Below, piece by piece: positions 47,975-54,478 of a stretch of DNA of 64,000 nucleotides. The notes beneath the pieces were generated by a model. The model was given only the letters and a program-made list of their open reading frames with translations. It made no database searches and was not told the DNA's origin. The stretch's first letter is position 1. Each line of letters begins with the position of its first letter. The stretch lies in IMG/VR virus record IMGVR_UViG_3300045051_000531; one strand, written 5' to 3'. The position numbers were made by a program, and so were the translations under genes. The stretch is from a virus.

Positions 47975-49092
47975 TGGAGCCCCATGAGTCCGAGCCACTC
48001 CGAGGCGCACCGCGTCCAGGCCCACTCGGAACCCTTGCGGTGGGTCTCTACGAGACAGACATCCCGGATCTCCTTATGAAGATCCGTCGAGAACGCCTTC
48101 GCGATGCGTTCCGCGGCGGCGTCAGGCAGGACACGTCTCCGGAACTCCGGCCTGATCTCAAGGAGCCCAGCTGGCAGCTCGATACCACGCTTCCCTTCGA
48201 TGAGTTCCAGCCAGATGTGGTCATCCGGAGCCGCGACAACACATCCCGCAGCCTGGGCTTCCAGAATGTCGCCAGGCCAACCCGACGCGGTGTCCGCGCA
48301 GAGGTAGACGTCGGCGGCGTTGTAGACCAGGTTCCGGGTTCCGGCGTCGGGGATCCCGTACAGAGGCCTGACATCGGTTCCGAAGACGAGATCGAGACCG
48401 GAGCATCTGGCCTCGATCCAGGGATGCTTGGCGAGCAGGGCCACGACGACCCGCCGCGGTGCCATGCGGTCCTTGAGCTGCTTGATCGTCGCCAAGGTCA
48501 CCGCGGTATCGTGGGCCCAGGTGACTACGACGAAATCGGAGTCCGTGACGTCGCCGAAGATGGCTTCCCGGATCTCGGCCCGGCTGAAGTCCCGCTTGAA
48601 GGGATCCATGGGAACAAACGTCTTGGTGTCCGTACCAGGCCTGATCACCTTGGTTTCATAGGCCCCCTTGAACACCGCCTTGGGGACCTTGCCGTTGAGA
48701 TCGAGGAGCACGTTGCGGTATGCCTGTGCCGCCATGTTGGAGGTCGCCACGAAGAAGTCGAAGTGCGTTGCCAACGGGGCCACGGTGCGACCCAGGAACG
48801 GGGTCTCGATGAAGGCGTACGCGTAGACGATCGCGGAACTCGCCGTGGACGTGATGCCAGCGGCGACGTACTGCTCCAGGTCAGCTGGGGTCCCCATGAC
48901 GACGACATGGGTCCAGGCTACAGCAGCCAGTGCTGCCGGTAACTCGACGTCAGCTGGGTAACTCTTGAACCCAGGGATCTCGGGGCCGTGGATCCCGACG
49001 GTCTCGAACTTCGCAGCGATCAGGGGTACCAGGGCAGCCGGGATCCCGGTGTAGGACCCCCTGGCGGGGGCGACAACGAGAAGGGCAGCCAT
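47971..49092 (-). CDS. GT-B fold glycosyltransferase (GT4-like)
   Basis: RNLVYNAADVYLCADTASGWPGDILEAQAAGCVVAAPD resembles the GT4 EX7E region, with the first Glu apparently replaced. Confidence 0.75.
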   Translation of the reverse strand: MAALLVVAPARGSYTGIPAALVPLIAAKFETVGIHGPEIPGFKSYPADVELPAALAAVAWTHVVVMGTPADLEQYVAAGITSTASSAIVYAYAFIETPFLGRTVAPLATHFDFFVATSNMAAQAYRNVLLDLNGKVPKAVFKGAYETKVIRPGTDTKTFVPMDPFKRDFSRAEIREAIFGDVTDSDFVVVTWAHDTAVTLATIKQLKDRMAPRRVVVALLAKHPWIEARCSGLDLVFGTDVRPLYGIPDAGTRNLVYNAADVYLCADTASGWPGDILEAQAAGCVVAAPDDHIWLELIEGKRGIELPAGLLEIRPEFRRRVLPDAAAERIAKAFSTDLHKEIRDVCLVETHRKGSEWAWTRCASEWLGLMGLQ

Positions 49093-49098
49093 TCCCGG

Positions 49099-49127
49099 AC
49101 CGTAGTGGTACCTAGGGTAGTTGTCAA
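49099..49127 (-). promoter_or_regulatory. Promoter TTGACA-17-TACGGT, leaderless
   Basis: -10 box ends 6 nt before ATG 49092. Confidence 0.65.
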
Positions 49128-49140
49128 TAAATGGAGTACC

Positions 49141-49225
49141 CCGGCCAGGGGGTCCCAGGGGGCCAGATCCCCCTGACCGGGGATCGATCCCCCTGGGGAG
49201 GCATATACCCCCTACCGGGGGTACT
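49141..49225. repeat. Cluster of G4-5/C4-5 inverted and direct repeats in the divergent intergenic region
   Basis: CCAGGGGG twice, GATCCCCCTG twice, CCCCCTACCGGGGG; adjacent AT-richer segment. Confidence 0.6.
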
Positions 49226-49343
49226 TAATAAACACCCCATATGTCGCATAATACCTTGAGTCCCCTATAGCTCTCACGAACTAATAGAGATTCAGGATCC
49301 AGCAGGTTCAAGCTTCGGCTTGGATCTGAGGGGTACCTATCAC

Positions 49344-49420
49344 TGCAGAATGGAGGAGAGGTTGTCCTCGCTGGGCTCATATCCCAGAGACCGCTGGTTC
49401 GAATCCAGCTTCTGCACCCA
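49344..49420 (+). tRNA. tRNA-Met(CAT), initiator-type
   Basis: Anticodon stem CTGGG/CCCAG with three G-C pairs; loop CT-CAT-AT; CCA encoded. Confidence 0.88.
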
Positions 49421-49440
49421 TAGCCCTTCGGGGCTGCATA

Positions 49441-49625
49441 ACGGGGGTAGCGCAGTCTGGTAGCGCGTCGGGCTCTGTCATACGAGGTCTCCCATCCTTT
49501 AGCCGGGACAGTGGGATCTCAGACAACTTTAGGAGATGTTGAGACCGGGTCGGCTAAACCCGGTTTTGATGTTGCCTGAAGCGATGACCCGAAGGTCGGT
49601 GGTTCAAATCCATCACCCCGTACCA
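49441..49625 (+). tRNA. tRNA (probably Met-CAT) interrupted by a 108-nt insertion in the anticodon loop
   Basis: 5' half 49441-49475 (D-arm GCGC/GCGC, stem TCGGG, CTC); 3' half 49584-49625 (ATGA, CCCGA, AGGTC, T-arm GGTGG-TTCAAAT-CCATC, CCA). Confidence 0.8.
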
Positions 49626-49724
49626 TTCATGGAACCGCCAGACCACGTAGCCGCTGGAGCCGGTGCTCCAACGACCGCGTGGTCTGGCGGTATGTTTTTC
49701 TTTACCTATTACACAGGAGGTCAG

Positions 49725-50324
49725 ATGCGCTCAGATCTCGAAGCTTTGGTCGCCCGGTTCGCCGCCAAGGCGCACCTCGGCCAGGTCCGGAAGTACGTCG
49801 CGGCGCCGGAGATGGTGCCCTACATCTTCCACCCCGCCGCCGTCGCCGACATCGTCCGCGACTTCGGTGGAACGGAATCCATGATCTGCGCGGCGTGGCT
49901 CCACGACGTCGTCGAGGACACCCCGGTGACCTTGGCGGACATCGATAGGGAGTTCACGCGGGAATCCGGTCACGGCATCGCGGAGCTCGTCGGCTGGCTC
50001 ACCGATGTTGCCAGACCCAGCGATGGGAACCGTAAGGCTCGGGTCAAGCTGAACCGGGAGCACTCCTGGGCGGCCCCTGTGGAGGCCCAGGTCTGCAAGG
50101 TGGCGGACTGCATCCATAACACGTACAGGATCTACGTGCTGGCTCCCAAGTTCGCTCCGATCTTCATGGCCGAGATCAAGGAGCTCATGGGTGGTCTCGA
50201 TAAGGTCGACCCCAAAATCAAACAGGTCTGGTATGACATGACCGGAACCGATGCGGACGACTTCAAGTACGAGGTCGCATCGCCGGAAACCCGTCAGCTT
50301 ATCGGATCACTAACCGGGCCGTAA
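49725..50324 (+). CDS. HD-domain hydrolase, RelA/SpoT (Mesh1-like) family
   Basis: AHLGQVRK..VPYIFHPAAVA, AAWLHDVVEDT, VKVADCIHN-like motif (CKVADCIHN); AGGAGG SD before ATG 49725. Confidence 0.88.
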   Translation: MRSDLEALVARFAAKAHLGQVRKYVAAPEMVPYIFHPAAVADIVRDFGGTESMICAAWLHDVVEDTPVTLADIDREFTRESGHGIAELVGWLTDVARPSDGNRKARVKLNREHSWAAPVEAQVCKVADCIHNTYRIYVLAPKFAPIFMAEIKELMGGLDKVDPKIKQVWYDMTGTDADDFKYEVASPETRQLIGSLTGP

Positions 50325-50360
50325 CTGGCCCACAGCGCCCCTCGGGGCAGAAGGAGACGT

Positions 50361-50861
50361 ATGCCATCGATACTGCGTTTCGAGAAAGACGGGATCGCGT
50401 TCACCGCGTTCCTGACCAATCTGTCGTGCGCCTACCAGTTCATCGGCGAGGAGGGCGTCCTCCTCAAAGATATCTGCGAGGCGCACGAGGACTGGATGCA
50501 GCACTTCAACTTCCTGGGCTGCGCGGGCATCAAGAACGCCGTGATCCGGGCCACCGGCGCCAGCGAACCCAGGCAGTCCTTCCAGATCCGCGACCTGGAC
50601 AGCAGGAACAACCACGTCCTCAGCGTCACGTTCTCGGAGGACCACCGGATCACGGTCCTGAAGGCTCAGGAAAACAAGTGGTCGGAGTCCGCCTTCCAGA
50701 CCGCGATCCAGGATGCCAACGAGTTCCTCAAAGCCATGCAGGATGCCGAGGAGCGCGCCAAGACGAAGCGTGCCCTGGCGGAGCGCGAGGCCAGGCTGCG
50801 CGAGCAAGAGATCGATGAGGAGGCCGAGGAACGCTCCAGGATGTACGGGAGGGCCCCGTGA
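50361..50861 (+). CDS. Hypothetical protein with C-terminal coiled coil
   Basis: 166 aa, AAGGAG SD. Confidence 0.75.
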   Translation: MPSILRFEKDGIAFTAFLTNLSCAYQFIGEEGVLLKDICEAHEDWMQHFNFLGCAGIKNAVIRATGASEPRQSFQIRDLDSRNNHVLSVTFSEDHRITVLKAQENKWSESAFQTAIQDANEFLKAMQDAEERAKTKRALAEREARLREQEIDEEAEERSRMYGRAP

Positions 50862-51496
50862 ACTACCTGACCCAATTCGAGGCCGGGGAATGGCTCGGAC
50901 ACCTGAAGACCGCGATCCGAGAGTTCAGCGACATCGAGGAACGCCGGCGGCCCACGAAAAAGGAGCTCACGGAGCTCCTCTACAACGTCTTGAACACGAT
51001 GCCGACCGACCCCTGGAACGCGGATCAGGACGACCGGCTGCAGATCGTGGAGTGCGACCTCCGGGTCCACTACACGTTCACCGGGCTCTGGCTCCGGGAG
51101 GTTCGAAGGATCTCGGCGTGGTTCAAGGTAGCCCTGGAGTACGACGACTGGGCCAGGGCGCGCGATGAGAACACCGCTGAGTTGAACGAAGTCGGTGCCA
51201 AGCAGGGCTGGTATGTGGTGCACGTGCTCCGTGCGTTGGGGCACACCCCGGACGTGTACAAGTATGACGATGCCACGTTAGGCAGGCACTTCTGGGCCAA
51301 GGCTTCCGAGGGCCACAATACGTACGACCCGATCTCCAAGTGGAAGCGACTGGACCACATCCAGGGCAACCTGGATAACGTCAACAAGGTCATACGTACC
51401 CAAGGGTTGAACTACGACCGGCACACCCGGCGGGAGAAGCTGGAGCAAGGGAAGGCCGAGCTTTTGGACAAGATCAGCAGGCGAGTCGTCGCTTAA
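50858..51496 (+). CDS. Hypothetical protein
   Basis: 212 aa, GTGA overlap start. Confidence 0.75.
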   Translation: MNYLTQFEAGEWLGHLKTAIREFSDIEERRRPTKKELTELLYNVLNTMPTDPWNADQDDRLQIVECDLRVHYTFTGLWLREVRRISAWFKVALEYDDWARARDENTAELNEVGAKQGWYVVHVLRALGHTPDVYKYDDATLGRHFWAKASEGHNTYDPISKWKRLDHIQGNLDNVNKVIRTQGLNYDRHTRREKLEQGKAELLDKISRRVVA

Positions 51497-51566
51497 ACAG
51501 TCACCTATCAAGCCCATGTCGAGAAGGTCTCGGCGTGGCAGCGCAATCACCCCCACAGGAGACCAT

Positions 51567-51812
51567 ATGCGCAAACACATCAATCCCATTTCCGGCCGGG
51601 CCGGTTTCGAGACGGTCGAGGTGCTCATCGCCCTCGTCCTGCTCATCGCCGTGGCCGTGCTGCTGGTCCCGGCGTTCGTCGACCTGCGCCCGGAGCGCGA
51701 GGTCATGACGGCGCCGAAGCCGGTGGCCACGGTGGCCAAGCCGGTCGTCAAGCCGGCCAAGCCCGTGGTCAAAGAGGCCCCCAAGGAGACGACGCCGTCG
51801 CCGCGGCACTAG
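51567..51812 (+). CDS. Prepilin-like (class III signal peptide) small protein
   Basis: MRKHINPISGRAG/FETVEVLIALVLLIAVAVLLVPAF: basic leader, G-F, E at +5, hydrophobic helix; P/K/V-rich tail; AGGAG SD. Confidence 0.7.
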   Translation: MRKHINPISGRAGFETVEVLIALVLLIAVAVLLVPAFVDLRPEREVMTAPKPVATVAKPVVKPAKPVVKEAPKETTPSPRH

Positions 51813-51916
51813 TGCCGTGATCTGAGCTCTTTCTCATCTTTCCCTGCAGAGGGGCACCCGGATGGACCGGGTGCTAATGCCCCCGCGGTGGCCCGCGGAC
51901 CGTCCCAAGGCGGCTA

Positions 51917-51944
51917 TTGCAAGTCTGAGATCTGTCATTAGTGT
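51917..51944 (+). promoter_or_regulatory. Possible promoter TTGCAA-16-TAGTGT for the tRNA/Y RNA unit
   Basis: Upstream of tRNA 51981 and the Y RNA array. Confidence 0.45.
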
Positions 51945-51980
51945 TCCGTCGTTGACAACTAAACGCAATACCATGGTTAT

Positions 51981-52051
51981 GGCGGGGAGCCTCAGAGGTC
52001 GGCTGGTCTCATAAGCCAGCTTAGATGGTTCGACTCCATCCCCCGCAACCA
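51981..52051 (+). tRNA. tRNA-Met(CAT) with reduced D-arm and 1:72 mismatch
   Basis: GGCGGGG/CCCCGCA-A-CCA; loop CT-CAT-AA; T-arm GATGG-TTCGACT-CCATC. Confidence 0.75.
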
Positions 52052-52055
52052 CTTA

Positions 52056-52118
52056 GAGGCGCAGCGGCGTCAGGGTTACTTCTTGGAACGAAACACACCC
52101 TGGCTTCATTCTCGCCTC
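52056..52118 (+). ncRNA. Y RNA array unit 1 (minimal, stem module only)
   Basis: GAGGCG-CAGCG...GTTACTTC...ATTCT-CGCCTC; no tRNA-like domain. Confidence 0.7.
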
Positions 52119-52130
52119 GTTGACAACTTC

Positions 52131-52250
52131 GCCGGCAGCGGTGATCGGGTTACTTCTTTAGTAAAGAAGAGGTCGTTGGTTCGAGTCCAACCAGGGGCAA
52201 CCCTGTAGCTCAGTGGCAGAGCGCTAAACACCTGATCTTTATTCTCCGGC
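52131..52250 (+). ncRNA. yrlA: YrlA-like Y RNA unit 2 (tRNA mimic)
   Basis: Conserved stem plus T-arm GTTCGAGTC, closed acceptor hairpin, then D-arm TAGCTCAGTGGCAGAGC (permuted order). Confidence 0.85.
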
Positions 52251-52260
52251 TTTTAGCTTC

Positions 52261-52384
52261 GGCAGTAGCGGTGATTGGGGTTACTTCTCTGATAAAGAAA
52301 AGACCTGGGTTCGACTCCCAGCAGGGCTTCGGCTCTGTAGCTCAACGGTAGAGCGTAAAAACACCTCGATCTATATTCTCTGCC
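52261..52384 (+). ncRNA. yrlA: YrlA-like Y RNA unit 3
   Basis: GGCAG/CTGCC ends; T-arm GGTTCGACTCC; acceptor hairpin with TTCG loop; D-arm TAGCTCAACGGTAGAGC. Confidence 0.85.
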
Positions 52385-52395
52385 TTTTCAATTTC

Positions 52396-52519
52396 GGGCG
52401 CAGCGGTTCTAGAGTTACTTCTATCCAATCTGCTGGACCGGTTCGACTCCGGAAGGTCATAGACCTTAGTGTAACGGCAGCACAGCGGACCCAAAAGCCT
52501 CTAGGCAGTATTCTCGCCC
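52396..52519 (+). ncRNA. yrlA: YrlA-like Y RNA unit 4
   Basis: GGGCG/CGCCC ends; T-arm CCGGTTCGACTCCGG; D-arm TAGTGTAACGGCAGCAC. Confidence 0.82.
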
Positions 52520-52528
52520 TTGTTCTTC

Positions 52529-52657
52529 GGTGGCAGCGGTGGTCGCGTTACTTCTATACTAAAGAAAAGGTCGGTAGGTTCGACTCCTACCCCAGGGGGC
52601 CAGATCCCCTGGTAGCTCAGCGGTAGAGCGTAAAACACGCGGCTTATATTCTCCACC
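52529..52657 (+). ncRNA. yrlA: YrlA-like Y RNA unit 5
   Basis: GGTGG/CCACC ends; T-arm GTAGGTTCGACTCCTAC; D-arm TAGCTCAGCGGTAGAGC. Confidence 0.85.
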
Positions 52658-52666
52658 TTGTCTCTC

Positions 52667-52732
52667 GGTCGCAGCGGCGTCACGGTTACTTCTCTCATAA
52701 AGAAACAACCACCGTGGCGGCTATTCTCGACC
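52667..52732 (+). ncRNA. Y RNA array unit 6 (minimal)
   Basis: GGTCG-CAGCG...GTTACTTC...ATTCT-CGACC. Confidence 0.7.
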
Positions 52733-52741
52733 TTTCTCCTC

Positions 52742-52803
52742 GCTGGTAGCGGTGCCCCGGTTACTTCAGCCATACGAAACCACCGGTGCGATTATTCTCC
52801 AGC
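52742..52803 (+). ncRNA. Y RNA array unit 7 (minimal)
   Basis: GCTGG-TAGCG...GTTACTTC...ATTCT-CCAGC. Confidence 0.7.
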
Positions 52804-52812
52804 TTTTCACCC

Positions 52813-52846
52813 GAAGCCCGACGGTAACCCCGTCGGGTTTCTTTTT
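52813..52846 (+). terminator. Terminator between the Y RNA array and the Ro60 gene
   Basis: GAAGCCCGACGG...CCGTCGGGTTTC followed by TTTTT. Confidence 0.7.
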
Positions 52847-52859
52847 CGAAGGGAGCCCT

Positions 52860-54401
52860 ATGGGCAGGTTCGCAACAAATCCGGCGCTCGCCGCCGGTGC
52901 GGTTCGCGCCGCTGATACCACGAACGCGGCCGGAGGCCGCGCCTACGCCAACGACCCGAAGACGTCGCTGGCCATCCAGCTCGTGTCGAGCTTCGCCTCC
53001 GGTGACCACTACCGGGACGAGGCCGCCCAGCTCAAGGGTCTCCTGGACGCCGTCCAGAAGGTCCCCGATCTCCAGTGGGTCGCCAAGGCGGCGATCTATG
53101 CCCGCGACGTCATGGGCATGAGGACCACGAGCCACTTCGTGACGGCCTGCATCGCGGTCTTGGGCCACGGCCAGCCTTGGCTCAGGAAGTTCTACCAGCG
53201 CGTCGTCCTGCGCCCCGACGATATGTGCGAAGTGTTGGGGGCGTACTGGATGCTGAAGGGCCACACCGGGAAGGGCAAGACGGCGGTGCCGAACGCGCTG
53301 AAGCGCGGCTTCGCGGACCGCTTCGCCCAGCTCACCGGGTACGCCCTGGCGAAGTACCGCGGCGGTGGCCGCGCCGTCAAGCTGATCGACGTGGCCCGCT
53401 TGGTCCACGCCAAGGGCGACCTGGTCACCCAGCTCTGCAAGGGCACCCTGCCCCCGGCGGAGACCTGGGAGGTCGGGATCTCCGGCGCCGGCGATGCCGC
53501 GGCTCGTACCAAGGTCTGGGGCGACCTGCTCCGCACCGGCAAGCTGGGCTACATGGCCACGATGCGGAACCTCCGCAACATCGCCAAGGACGCCCCGGAT
53601 CACCTCGCAGCGGCCCTGGAGGTCATCCGTGACACGGAACGGATGCGCAAGGCCCGGGTGTTCCCGTTCCGCCTGTTCACGGCCTACCGGCTCTTCGAGA
53701 CCACTGAAGGTGCCGAAGGTCTGACCAGGGCCCAGATCCGCGAGATCCACGAGGCCCTCTCGGTGGCCCTGGACGCCTCGACAACCACGGTTCCTAAGTT
53801 CGAGGGCGACTCCTTGGTCGTCATCGACACCTCGGGGTCCATGGAGTCCACGGTGTCCCAGAAGTCGTCGGTCCGCTGCGTCGAGGCAGCGGCGGTCATG
53901 GGGGCCACGGTGCGCCGCCAGAACCCGAAGTGCGACATGGCGATCTTCGCGGACACCTCGAAGTACATCACCACGGGCCCCGCGGCCCGCCCGGTGGTGG
54001 ACGTCGTCGCAGGGGTCCTCGGCAAGATCGGTGACGTCGGGCACGGCACCAACATGAGCTCGATCTTCGGGCTCATCGATCTGGCGCAGTTCAGGCGCAT
54101 CTTCGTGATGTCCGACATGCAGAGCTGGTACGGGGACGAGACTGCGGCCACGAACTGGCTGAACAGGAACCCCAAGAACCACCTCTACGTGTGGAACCTG
54201 CATGGCGACGGGTCCACCCTGGCGGCCCCGGAGAACAAGCGGGTCATCCAGCTCGGCGGGTTCAGCGACAGGATCTGGGATACGATCCCGATGCTGGAGC
54301 AGGGCCCCGCAGGTCTGGTCCAGGCGATCGACGCCTGGGACCCCTGGGCGAAGAAGGCGGCCGATGCCGCCGAGGATCCCGGGGCGGACCCGGTTTCCTG
54401 A
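52860..54401 (+). CDS. rsr: Ro60-related TROVE + vWA protein
   Basis: TTNAAGGRAY, KAAIYARDVMGMRT, YMATMRNLRNI, RVFPFRLFTAY; vWA MIDAS motifs VVIDTSGSM, HGTN, VMSDMQ; adjacent Y RNAs. Confidence 0.93.
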   Translation: MGRFATNPALAAGAVRAADTTNAAGGRAYANDPKTSLAIQLVSSFASGDHYRDEAAQLKGLLDAVQKVPDLQWVAKAAIYARDVMGMRTTSHFVTACIAVLGHGQPWLRKFYQRVVLRPDDMCEVLGAYWMLKGHTGKGKTAVPNALKRGFADRFAQLTGYALAKYRGGGRAVKLIDVARLVHAKGDLVTQLCKGTLPPAETWEVGISGAGDAAARTKVWGDLLRTGKLGYMATMRNLRNIAKDAPDHLAAALEVIRDTERMRKARVFPFRLFTAYRLFETTEGAEGLTRAQIREIHEALSVALDASTTTVPKFEGDSLVVIDTSGSMESTVSQKSSVRCVEAAAVMGATVRRQNPKCDMAIFADTSKYITTGPAARPVVDVVAGVLGKIGDVGHGTNMSSIFGLIDLAQFRRIFVMSDMQSWYGDETAATNWLNRNPKNHLYVWNLHGDGSTLAAPENKRVIQLGGFSDRIWDTIPMLEQGPAGLVQAIDAWDPWAKKAADAAEDPGADPVS

Positions 54402-54422
54402 TCTCATCAACAACGGAAAGCA

Positions 54423-54458
54423 GACGACGCCGTGGTGATCCCACGGCGTCGTCGTTTT
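54423..54458 (+). terminator. Terminator after rsr
   Basis: 13-bp stem GACGACGCCGTGG/CCACGGCGTCGTC followed by GTTTT. Confidence 0.7.
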
Positions 54459-54478
54459 CACAGACGAAAGGAGCCACT

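Noticed and set aside
49476-49583. Group I/II intron or tmRNA identity for the tRNA insertion
   Set aside because: Too short, with no P7/R/S elements, no GUGYG or domain V, and no G3-U70 alanine identity or tag ORF. Kept as an unexplained insertion.
49536-49724. N-terminal extension of the HD hydrolase from ATG 49536
   Set aside because: It runs through a tRNA, its SD abuts the ATG with no spacing, and ATG 49725 has AGGAGG and starts at the domain boundary.
52056-52803. CRISPR array
   Set aside because: The constant parts are short split motifs whose flanks covary as helices, the inserts are tRNA T/D arms, and the neighbouring gene is Ro60 rather than cas.
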